64,000 nt of DNA from Macrostomum lignano (taxonomy: Eukaryota): contig NIVC01000197.1 of NCBI GenBank assembly GCA_002269645.1, forward strand, positions 620,001 to 684,000, given 5' to 3'. Position numbers and translations under genes: made by a program. Under the pieces are notes generated by a model that had not been told where the DNA came from, ran no database searches, and was given only the letters and a program-made list of their open reading frames with translations. Below, in pieces: positions 15,477-27,900 of the stretch; the first letter of the stretch is position 1; each line of letters starts with the position of its first letter.

Positions 15477-17995
15477 ATGTATGTTGCCAAAATCAAAATT
15501 TCAACCTACTAGTACGAGGGATATCTAAAAAATTTCTGGACTGAGGTCCCCATTTTTACAGGAAGAATGCTCAAGGCAGCTGAAATATGTATGTCAGTTT
15601 AAATTTGGTTTTGGCAAGTGTGTTAAATTTGGCAGCCTAGCCAAACCTAGCAGTCAGTCACTATGCCTTGACAGAAACTGCCTTGCAGGCTCTGACTTAG
15701 ACTTTTTATTGGGGGTGGGCAATTTTGGCAGCACCATTAAAACTGCCATTTGCTAAGAAGCATTGGAAAAATGCCTAGTGCGCATCTATTGCAGCAAGAC
15801 CAACACATTTGCCAAAACCAAAGTTGAAATGGTTTAGATACAATTTTAACTACAAAGTTGTTCAATAACAAAATACTGGAACAATCAGTTAAATAGATAA
15901 AAACTATATGCAATCTTATGGCAAAACTCAACATTTTAATACAATTTTTATAGTTGGATCAACATGATACTAATGTAACCATAGACCACAGAAATCATAT
16001 TAACAAACTTTGAACTTTGCTAGGAGATTGTTCATAACTTATATCTTCTGAAATTCTTTTTTTTTAATATTTTATTATTATTAAGCATAATAATAATATT
16101 TTTAGCTGGCTTGGGTATTCTTTAGAAATGATTATCTTAATCTGGAAACTTTTGAGACACTTGTAAAATTGAAATTTATTTAACTTTAAATGTTATTATA
16201 AATTAGCCATAAAAATTGCAAAGAAAATTTTTATAAGCTATACTAAACATAAAGAATTATTTTCTAGATCTGTATAAATAAATATCACAGATTAGGCCCC
16301 ACACTTTGGAAGGTTACTAATATGCTAGAAAATTTTATCATATTAATGAATAGTTCAACTTTTTGGCATACCACTTTGGTATACCCCTTTGAGCTTGAGT
16401 AAATTTTTGGTACATCAACTTGTGCTAAACTTATGCCAGATTCATGCCAATTAATATAAATAAATGTGTTTACATAAAAATAAAGGAAAATTTATATACT
16501 TTAGAAAGTCAATGATAACCTTTTTGCTTTTTTACAATTGACATTAAATAACATTACTGAAAACTATGGCTAAAAAATTAAACTATGCATCATTTTTTAG
16601 GTAGGCCCTATAGTTTATTTTGTCTAAAAAAAAATATTTATAATATTTAAAAAGAATTTTCTTACAAAAACCTTTCTAAAGAAACTTAACTCATGAAAAC
16701 TAAATGACCTTTTAAGAAGAATTTTTAGTATACAATTTATTTAAATATTCCATTTTTGGTATATACTGGTATACATTTAGCTAAGATAGGATTCTTGTTC
16801 ATACATAAAAATTACATAATCTAAACTATGGATTAGGCCTAGCTTTAAGAATATACAAATAATTACAAATTAATTAAACATTTATAATAAAAAGAAATGT
16901 AATATACAATCTACAATAATAAGTCTAATTAAGATATTAGTAAGAGACAAGTAGATTAAATCAATATTTGAATTATAGAATCTTTTAATAGATCAAAACC
17001 ATCTTTAAAAAAGAAAATATATACTTAGAGTCAATAGCATTTTTATACTAAATTTTAATATCTTTGAATTGAATTTGTAGGGCCTATATTATAGGATGCT
17101 AAAAAAATTTTTAATAAATTAATATGCAAGTTTTACTAGAAAATTATGTTTTTATTAAAAATATACAGACTAGGCTAAATCACAATGTCTAAAGTTATAA
17201 AAGGGAATATAAATACAAGCAATTTTTGTAAGAAAAAAGCAATTAGTCCCTTTGTAAGAATTAAATTTGTTAGGCCTAGCTCTAATAAAAAAGGTTTAAA
17301 TATTATTATTTAAATTTATAGAGCTAGTTACTAAGATTATCTGGACTAATATATATATATATTTTTGTCTATGTAATTGTAAAGGCTCAATTAATTGCAA
17401 ATGGAAAAAAGCTTAGGCTTCCACCTAGCCTTGCATGCTATTATATATTGTGATTGATTGATATGCAATACAATGTATATAATGCTAGAAGGGCCATAGC
17501 TCAAGCCAATTGGCTGCAGAGGAGAGAAAAACTGAATGGGGTGGGGGTTTGAATATTGCAAGGGCCGAAGGGTTAAGTTGGCTGGTAGGAAAAAGAGTAC
17601 ATTGAACAGTGGGGCTGACAAGAGCATGCAGTGCACAGGGACAGCTCACAATAATACTATTAAGTATACTAAATGATCCGGAGTGTGGACTACAAGGTTG
17701 AATATTCCTGGACTTCAAAGACTTCTTACTTGTGTTGTATCTTGATTATAATGTTGTTCTACTAGTGTATGTCTTATACATCAAATTATGCTAAAGATTG
17801 CATATGCATTATATACATACATCTGCTTTGCTTGCACTAGTATATAACAAAATATTAATCAGGATATGAGAAAAGGTCTTAAAAATCTAGAATATTTATC
17901 TAGATCAAAACTTCTTCTCTCTGTGTGTGTTAGTGTGTATTAGATATTTGTGTTAGCAATTTAACCAGACAAATAGCAAAAAGGCTATTCCATAT

Positions 17996-20900
17996 TGTAG
18001 GCACCTGCTGCCCAGTGCTTGCATAATAAGTGTTTTTAGTCCTGGTGTGCATTTCCAATGTACATCCAATATTCTTGGCTTTCTGTTTTTAATGTACGCA
18101 GTCTCAACTGCAGGGTCGCTGCTAAATATATAAATTGATCGCACAGAGCCTACAATAGATTGAGGCTTTATCGGCTACACACAACACATAACTTTCTCTC
18201 GGCTTCGCTCTCTACAGTGGCGTCGCAAGCCGCCTACCGCGTGGTAAACAAATCATGGCAGCCAACTTTCTCTCACTGCCCCCACCTGAGCCATTCTCAG
18301 TATCAGCAGACCCACACAACGCGGGCAAGCGCTGGAGTCAATGGGCAGACCGCTTCGAAGATTTCATCGATGCATCAGGCATCACCAACGAGAAGCAAAA
18401 GTGCAAACTACTCAGCTACACAGCAGGCAAGGAAATCGCCGACATCATCCGCGAGGAGGCCAAGCCTGCAGCGGCCACAGAGGACGGCCAAGTCACCCTC
18501 AAGCAGATGCTGGACGCTTTGAAGACATTCTTCAACGGAAGAAAGAACATCGTATTTGCCAGATATCAGTTCCGCCTATGCACCCAGGCCACCGGAGAGT
18601 CCATCGAATCCTGGTACGCCAGACTGCGCACTGCGGCAGAGCCGTGCGACTTCGAGCAGCTGAAGGACTCGCTCATCAGAGACCAGCTCGTGGCAACCTG
18701 CAGCTCTGACAAGCTGCGCAGGCGGCTGCTTCAGGAGGCGAACATCAGCCTGGAGGAGGCCTTGCGAAAGGCGAGGGCATTCGAGGCTGCTGAGGAACAA
18801 GCCACCGAGATGGAGAAGACAGACTCGCACGTGGCCAGCGTTGCCAAGGGCGACAAGGTGAGAACGAACAGGCGTGGCCCGGCTCAGACGACCAGCAGGC
18901 CTGGCGACCAGCAGCAGCGCACCTGCTACCGCTGCGGCGAGAAAGGCCACGCTACCTGCGACGCTGCCAAGGGCAAGATCTGCCACAACTGCGGCAAGCC
19001 CAACCACCTCGCTCTTGCCTGCTGTCAGCCTCGGCAGTCAAACAGCAACCGGATCCCACAGCAGCAAATCAGCACCAATGCTGTATTCACAGCTGCCGAC
19101 GGCTCCGTCAACGAGGATGTGTTCGCGCTGTACAACCGCGACAAATACCCATCCGACGTCTCACTGACTGTGCAGGTGGCAAACCGGCAGCTTCCCATGA
19201 TGATTGACAGCGGAGCCAGCTGCAGTATCATGAGTCTCGGCACCTTCAGAGCTCTCAGCCTGCCAAGCCCACGCCCAACAAGAGCCGAAGTTCGTGCCTA
19301 TGGTGTACCGACACCTCTCAGGATTGTGGGTACCGCCGATCTTGACATCCAAGTGGGATCTGCCAGAACTACCGCGACTTTCCACATCATGGACGGCGAC
19401 GGGCTGACGATACTAGGGCGTCAGCCCGCATTCAAGCCAGGAGTGCTGAAGATCCAGCGACCTGAAGCTACCAAGCCGCAAAACATCAACGCCATCGCCG
19501 ACACCACACCCCCCGAGCAGTATAGCGACCCCCAGCTCAAGGCCATCCTGCAGAGGCACAAAGAAGTCTTCAACGGCATCGGCTGCATCAAGGGTGTAGA
19601 GGTCCAGATCCAGCTGTCCGATGACGCTGTTCCAGTCTGCCAGGCGCCCTCACGTGTGGCGGCGCACCTGAAAGAGGCCGTAGTGGACGAGCTCAAGGCT
19701 TTGGAGGAGCAGGGCATCATTGAGGCAGTCAAAGGTCCTAGCGCCTGGGTGTCACGCATGGTGGTGGTGCCCAAGGGCGACGGTGGCATTCGAATCTGCC
19801 AAGACCTCCGTAATCTCAACGCTTTCGTCATCCCAGAGAAGCAGCAAATCCCCACGCTGGACGAAATCACAGAGGAAATGGCAGACGCCAAGCTGTTCAG
19901 CGAACTCGATATCCGGAAGGCTTTTTATCAGATCCCAGTCCACGAGAGCAGCCGTCACCTCTTCACCTTCAGCACGCCCCTTGGACTGATGCGGCTCAAG
20001 AGGCTCAGCATGGGGTTCACAAATGCCTCAGAAATCCTTCAACGAGTCATGCTTGGCATCCTCAGCGGCATCGACGGCGTCCGGTGGGCGCACGACGACG
20101 TGGTGGTGTACGCCTCCGATATGAAACAGCACCATGAGAGGCTGGACGCCTGCCTTCAGCGCCTCCGAGAGTTCGGGATCACTCTCAATCAGGACAAGTG
20201 CAGGTTCGCCCGGCCGACTGTCGAGTTTCTCGGGATGCGCCTGACCGCCCGGGGCATGCAACCGGCCACCGAGAAAATTGACGCCATGCAGAACTTCCGA
20301 GAGCCCTCCAACGTGGCCGACGTCCGCTCTTTCCTGGGAACCGCTAACTTCCTGGCAAAGTTCATCCCGAACTTCGCTGACCTCGCGGCCCCACTCCGGC
20401 AGCTAACGAAGAAGGGCCAAGCCTGGGAGTGGACAGAAAAACACACAGCGGCGTTCAACGGCATCAAGAAGGCAATCACAGACACGGACACGCTGGCCTT
20501 TTTCGACCGCAGACTGCACACGGAGCTCCTGGTGGACGCATCGCCAATCGGCCTCGGCGCCATCCTCACGCAGCGGCAGCCAGACGGCAACAGCAGACCC
20601 GTCGCCTACGCCAGCAGAGCCCTCTCGCCGGTGGAGCAGAGGTACGCGCAGATCGAGCGGGAGGCGTTGGCCATCAAATTTGGGTTTCTCAAGTTTGAGC
20701 ACTATCTGGCTGGCGACCCAGACTTCACCATGGTGACGGACCACCGACCGCTCGTGCCGCTTTTCAAGCCTGGCTCCCGTCCGCCACCGCGGATTGAGCG
20801 AATGGCGCTGCGCATTCAGCATCTCCGCTTCAACCTGCTCTACCGGCCAGGCTTGACCAACCCGGCTGACCTGCTGAGTCGGCAGCCACTGCCAGAGCGG

Positions 20901-22589
20901 CGTCGGAATGTAGGTGAAGAGCTCGACGCCGCCTCCATTAACGCCGTGTCGACCGGGGCCGTGCCGAAGGGCTTCAGTCTCGACCAGGTTCGGGAAGCAT
21001 CGCGCACCGACAGGGACGTCCAGGCGGCGCTGAACGCGATTCGAACCGGCCGCTGGGACATGCGAGCGGCAGCCCAGCGCTCCTTCAAGTCCATCTGCGG
21101 CGAACTGTCGGAAAGCGACGGAGTATTACTCCGCGGTGACCTCATCGTCATCCCCAAGTCGCTGCGCAGGCCGATCCTTCAACTGGCGCACACCGGTCAT
21201 CTGGGCGCCGACCGCACCCTTAAACGCCTGCAGACGAAGGTGTGGTGGCCTCGGATGCGCAGCGACTGCGAGCTCTTTGTCCAGTGCTGCACACTGTGCC
21301 AGGCTGCGGCCACTGGATTGCGACAGACACCATTGAGGCTGACGGAAATTCCGGACAGTGCCTGGCTGCTACTAGGCATGGATTTCTACGGCCCAGTGCA
21401 GGGCCAGATGCTCCTGGTCACCACCGACTTGTATTCAAAATACCCAGAAGTCAATTTTCTCAACTCGACGACGGCGGAGAGCGTGATCCCCCACCTGCGG
21501 AGGCTGTTCGGCAGATACGGCGTCCCGATTGAGGTGGTCACTGACAACGGCCCGCCATTCAGCTTGGCAGCTTTCCACAGCTTCCTCGCTTCGTACGGCA
21601 TTCACCACTGCCTCATCTGCCCCCTGCACCCAGAATCCAACGGAGCGTCGGAGCGATTCAACCGCAGCATCGGGAAAGTGATTTAGACGGCAGTGGCCGA
21701 AGGTCGGAACTGGCGGGAGGCTATCGAGGACTGGCTGTTGGCGTTCCGCACGACACCACATTGAGCGACCGGCCGCGCACCCGCTGAGCTACTCATGGGC
21801 AGGACGATGAACAACGGCATCCCGACCATCAAACCATCACAGCTCATCGACGTTAACCATGAAGAGGTGCAGAGCTAGCACAGAAACTATGTCCAAGACA
21901 TGAAGGCGCGTTTCGATGATCGCAAGGGTATCAACGAGCACGACGTCAGAGTCGGCAACAAAGTTCTGCGAAAGAAGCAGCCACGTAACAAACTGCAGCT
22001 GCCGTTCGAGCCACATCCTTGGACAGTCAAGCAGGTCCAGGGAGACACGTGTGTCCTGCAACGCGGCGAACAGTCCTGCATGCGCCACGTCTCGCAGCTG
22101 CGGCCCCTGGTCGGAGAGCCTGCTGGCCAGCCTGCCGGAGAGCCTGCCGGCCAACCTACCGGTCAGCTCGCCGGTCTACCCAGCGGTAGCATCGCCACGC
22201 GAGAACATCCAAGAGCTGCCCGTAACAGAGTGCTCAGCTACAAATTGTGATCCAAGGGTTTTGTGCGTGGGCGGGCCGCTTTGATTGCTTTGGGGTTTGG
22301 GCTGGTAGTAACTGAGTAATTGAGCTCGTTTTTTTTTATCCCCTGGGATCTCTCTGGTTGGGGAGAATTGTAGGCACCTGCTGCCCAGTGCTTGCATAAT
22401 AAGTGTTTTTAGTCCTGGTGTGCATTTCCGATGTACATCCAATATTCTTGGCTTTCTGTTTTTAATGTACGCAGTCTCAACTGCAGGGTCGCTGCTAAAT
22501 ATATAAATCGATCACATAGAGCCTACAATAGATTGAGGCTTTATCGGCTACACACAACACATAACTTTCTCTCAGCTTTGCTCTCTACA
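17996..22589 (+). mobile_element. Full-length Ty3/Gypsy LTR retrotransposon, single gag-pol ORF, defective
   Basis: LTRs 17996..18216 and 22369..22589 (221 bp, TG..CA, 6 mismatches); 5-bp TSD CATAT; PBS-like TGGCGTCGCAAG at 18218; PPT GGGGAGAA at 22360; domain order PR-RT-RH-INT. Confidence 0.97.
18255..22250 (+). pseudogene. Gag-Pol polyprotein: intact to 21686, then in-frame stops at 21684, 21762 and 21876 in the integrase C-terminal part
   Basis: Two CCHC-type knuckles (CYRCGEKGH, CHNCGKPNH), protease IDSGAS, RT (LDIRKAFYQ, MGF, AHDD), RNase H (VDASPIG, EREALAI), integrase HTGH..CTLC, DFYG, TDNG, E; the same frame continues through ORF 21900..22250. Confidence 0.93.
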
Positions 22590-24937
22590 CATATATATTT
22601 AAATATGTATATATGGCAGTTGTTATTTGTCTAGTGACTAGATATATAGGGGGGCCTATATATAACATTTCAAAAAGCTACTAATGTTGAAAGTATTAAG
22701 GAATATAGGCCTACAAAAGATTCTACAACATAATATTCAAATATATAAATGGGATAATCTGGTGACTTGTAGTCTATGCTATAAAGGTGATTATATTTTA
22801 CAAGGCTTCTAGAATCTAGTTTGTAGTTGTGGGTATAGGCCTACTAAAATTTTTATGTTTAATATAACTTTTATGAAGTAATTTTAAAGCACATTTTAGC
22901 TTAAGGTTAATTTACATAAAAAAATAATTCTAGCTTTATTTTTTATATTTATATTGTACCTTAAAAACTTTTTATCAAAACTGTTTTTATTTGTGGTTAA
23001 TTTAAAAAGTTTTGTAAGTGGCATTGGAACAGCTCTAACTTTAAGCGATTTACGAATTAAAAACATTGTGTGACTCTGCTCTGACTTTATTTCGTCTGGC
23101 GCATATTCAAATGACAAACAACATTAGCATTTACCTATTTTCCTAAAAACTTAGTGCTCAATTTCATCACGATAAAACGTAAAACAGCAAAACTGTTAAT
23201 GGGTTTTCTTTGAAATGTGCCATTCAAAATATAGCACTAACACTAAACGATTAAACATGCTAAGGCATATGTATTAGTTTTTCCTTATAATATTTTTATG
23301 TAAATTAATAACAATTTTTTATTTCATTTTGTGTTACAAAAATTGCCTAAATTCCCTTTGTTAATATTCACTTTTCGGAATGAAATTATTACCCAGCAAA
23401 CAATCTAAAAATCTACTTTTCACATTTTAACACCAGATAAATCTAATTGAAGATAATATTCATTCCATACGGTGGGTGTGCAACAGTACTCGGAACACTC
23501 ACAGTCTACTGTCAAAGAATGGGCTAGCCAAAAAGAACTGTAGTTTGCCAGACTGCGACTGCAACAACCAGCAGTCGTGGCCCAGATAAAAATCGTGGCC
23601 CCGTCACTTGTTCAAAAGATATCATTCTTCGTACATTAATTTCGTACATGTAATTTCTCGAGTCGGCAGCAGCACAGAATATTATGGAGGTTATTCTTTT
23701 TACTAAAATGAAGTTTTACTCAAAAGTCCATTAAAAATCACATGCAATTTAGGTGTAATCGATGATTTTTTACCGACCATCACGACTGATACTTTATTTG
23801 AAGATATTACATATACATAATAAATCTGCTTTATAAGTACACTAAGCTTTAGTAACGAAACAGGCGTGACTATTCATAACTGGATACAATTATGCTCACT
23901 TCTTAGGTTTTTCTTTTCGTAACGGAATAATTATAGACAAAAATTGCCTAGTAAAAAGCAATAATAAGATCTCATTACTAAGGGTCTCGAAATAAAGACG
24001 CTGACAGCATACAGAGGGATTACACGATGAGATTGGTCATAAAACGATCGGTCAGGATGAAAATAGCTAAAATATAATAAGCGGCAATATACTTATACAT
24101 TAGCAATTCACCATATTTATTCATACATTAACAAACAATTGCCATAGCAACTATTACGCTTGACACCTGGAAATGAAAACAAACACAATACAAACACAAA
24201 CGTGGATTTTTCAAATCATCGCGCAGACGAATGAGCTTCATGGGCGTCTTATTGAACGCACTAAAATGCTTTGGAACGCCTTAATGAATATTGACCGGTT
24301 TAATTTAACCGGGGTAACACCGCGCCTCTATTAAACTGTGTGTACAAATATAGTATACAAAGGTGAAAGCTTAAATTGCCGCATAAAAATATTATTATTA
24401 CATAAATAGTGCCTTAAATCGCTTGCCAGCTACAAGGAAACACGAAAAGTGTTTTATACGACGCAAGTGGCAACAGTTAGTACAGTAGAAAGTGCACATG
24501 GGTCACTCACCTAGCGCAACACATTGACAACGCATATTGTACAACTGGTGTTATGCAATGCTACTATAAGTATAGTAAACATAATTTTTATTACCGCGAT
24601 TTTTTGTTATAAAGAAAGGATGCATCAGAATGGCTACAACCAGGAGTAACTGTGAAAGTCATTTCAATACAGAAATAAGCAGTAAAACAGTGCACTTCCA
24701 CTCGCCATACTCCAACATAGAATCGGGGAGTAAAATAGAAAAACCAATTTAACAGGGACAGTCCGAATGCAAGTAGTATATAGCGGACAATTGGGAAATT
24801 TTTCTGAAATCTGGTACTTAGAGACAGGAGAGCGGGAGCACAGTCTGGGAGTAACGCCAATACCAGTTGCTAGGGATTAAAGCTGCACACATATCTAGAT
24901 AGCGATACAGGTAGTTATCGCAATAATTTTCATCGGG

Positions 24938-27900
24938 CTAGGAGGCCTCCGCGTCAAGGCTGAGGGCCGGACGCTTAGCCGCCTGTGCGCCAACGTCGGT
25001 GTCGCCGTCTGGACCGACGCTGTCGGTGGTGGCTGCCGACTCCACCGAGGCAGAATTGGCGGCGTCAACCGCGGAGACAACGGCTGTAGGACTGTGGGGC
25101 CTCTTAGACTGCGCCTGGGCCGAAGAAGACGAAGGACTGTCGCCACCGCTAGCGGCGGCCTGCGCCGACGACTGCCTGGACGGCTGCGGGGGCTTCGACT
25201 GCTGAGCCGCCTGCTTGTCCGCGCCGCCTGTGCGGGTGGAGGACCAGGGGATGTAGAAAAGTTAGGTGTCCCCGACTCAAGCTGGGCTTCCCTGACTCAA
25301 CCCGGGTGTCCCTGACTCAACCTGGGTATCTCTGACTCAACCCGGGTGTCCCCGACTCAAGCTGGGTGTCCCTGACTCAAGCTGGGTGTCCCTGACTCAA
25401 GCTGAGTGTCCCCGACTCAAGCTGGATGTCCCTGACTCAAGCTGAGTGTCCCTCCCTGACTCAACCCGGGTCTCTCTGACTCAAGCTGAGTGTCATTGAC
25501 TCAAACTGGGTGTCCCCGACTCAAGCTGGGTGTCCCCGACTCAAGCTGGGCTTCCCTGACTCAACCCGGGTGTCCCCGACTCAAGCTGGGCTTCCCTGAC
25601 TCAACCCGGATGTCCCCGACTCAAGCTGGGTGTCCCTGACTCAACCCGGGTGTCCCTGACTCAAGCTGGGTGTCTCTGACTCAAGCTGGGTGTCTCTGAC
25701 TCAACCTGGGTGTCCCCGACTCAAGCTGGGCTTCCCTGACTCAACCCGGGTGTCCCCGACTCAAGCTGGGTGTCTCTGACTCAAGCTGGGTGTCCCTGAC
25801 TCAACCTGGTTGTCTCTGACTCAAGCTGGGTGTCTCTGACTCAAGCTGGGTGTCCCTGACTCAAGCTTGGTGTCCCTGACTCAACCTGGTTGTCTCTGAC
25901 TCAAGCTGGGTGTCTCTGACTCAAACTGGGTGTCCCTGACTCAAGCTGGGTGTCCCTGACTCAACCCGGGTGTCTCTGACTCAAGCTGGGTGTCCCTGAC
26001 TCAAGCTGGGTGTCTCTGACTCAAACTGGGTGTCTCTGACTCAAGCTGGGTGTCTCTGACTCAAGCTGGGTGTCTCTGACTCAAACTGGGTGTCCCTGAC
26101 TCAACCCGGGTGTCTCTGACTCAAGCTGGGTGTCCCTGACTCAACCTGGTTGTCTCTGACTCAAGCTGGGTGTCTCTGACTCAAACTGGGTGTCCCTGAC
26201 TCAAGCTGGGTGTCCCTGACTCAACCCGGGTGTCTCTGACTCAAGCTGGGTGTCCCTGACTCAAGCTGGGTGTCCCCGACTCAAGCTGGGTGTCTCTGAC
26301 TCAAGCTGGGTGTCCCTGACTCAAGCTGGGTGTCTCTGACTCAAGCTGGGTGTCTCTGACTCAAGCTGGGTGTCTCTGACTCAAGCTGGGTGTCTCTGAC
26401 TCAAACTGGGTGTCCCTGACTCAACCCGGGTGTCTCTGACTCAAGCTGGGTGTCCCTGACTCAACCTGGTTGTCTCTGACTCAAGCTGGGTGTCTCTGAC
26501 TCAAACTGGGTGTCCCTGACTCAAGCTGGGTGTCCCTGACTCAACCCGGGTGTCTCTGACTCAAGCTGGGTGTCCCTGACTCAAGCTGGGTGTCCCCGAC
26601 TCAAGCTGGGTGTCTCTGACTCAAGCTGGGTGTCTCTGACTCAAACTGGGTGTCCCTGACTCAACCCGGGTGTCTCTGACTCAAGCTGGGTGTCCCTGAC
26701 TCAACCTGGTTGTCTCTGACTCAAGCTGGGTGTCTCTGACTCAAGCTGGGTGTCTCTGACTCAAGCTGGGTGTCTCTGACTCAACTGGCAATCTGATTTC
26801 CAATCACCCTCCAGCGCGGTCACTTACTAGCTTTAGACGCATGCTTTCTAATTAGAAGCGGGTGCTCAGACTTGGGCAGAAACTGCATTAGACCCTTCGG
26901 CCTCGAGTACTCAACGTTCAGGTGAAGCTGCGAACTGGCAGTCATGCTATTGATTTGTTTAATAAAATTAGAAATATCATAGGTGAGATCAACGTTAAGC
27001 TTCTTGCCAGCATCGGCAATCTTGCGAAACATGATGCCAATAATCCATTTGCTGACGTGCTGCGGGTCGGAGTCGCTGGACCGGCCGTAGCTCTTTGTGT
27101 TGACGTGAGCCCTGGCTATGGCGCCGTTTTGCTCAAACGACAGCACCAGCTTGCGCAGCTGGGACTCAACCAGGCCGTGAAAGTCCAAGTGGAGCTCTGC
27201 AGTGTCACTCGAGGCAATTACGATAACGAAATGCTTGTAGCTTTCAAAGAAATTCTTAGACTGCAACAGGTCCTCCCAGGTTTTGCGTTTGAATAGAATG
27301 TCGCTAGTGATCTGACGGCCGCGCTCCAGTTCGTCCAGTATGACCTGCTTAGTAGAGTGGCTCACGTTGTACGTTGAATTCTGGCGCGGATACACCGGCG
27401 TGATGATGGGCATTAGGTGGTATTTGTCTTTCAAATTGGTGCGCGGATCCCATTCGGGAAAGTGCAAATTAGGAGGCGTCAGTTCGCACAGCTCCACCGG
27501 CTTGGGCCAATCCCAGCGAGTTAGGACATAGAAGAAGCGCATTATGAGCACGTTTGGCGCGGCGTTGGGATAGAGCTGGGCAATGCGAGCCAGCAGGATG
27601 GCCCAGCTGACGCCGCCGAGGAAGCCCATCGCGTTGCTGTAGATGCCGCGCTTCTTGGCCCAGATACGAATTACTTTTAGAGCGACGCGGAAGTTCTCCG
27701 GATTCGGCACCTGATTGGCAGGGGAAGAGGAAGGAAAGGGTTTCTGACTCAGCTCGGCACCTGATTGGCCGAGAGAAGGCAGGGGGAGAGGAAGAGGTTG
27801 CTGACTAAATTCGGCACCTGATTGGTGAATAGGGAGGAGAGGAAAGGATTGCTGACTGAGCTCGGCACCTGATAGGAGGAGCGGGCGGAGGGAGAGAAAA

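Noticed and set aside
15513-15545. TACGAGGG... resembling a mariner terminal repeat
   Set aside because: I found no matching inverted end or transposase.
18218-18235. Assignment of the Gypsy PBS to a specific tRNA (including the local tRNA-Thr)
   Set aside because: It does not complement the 3' end of the tRNA-Thr here; the host tRNA set is needed.
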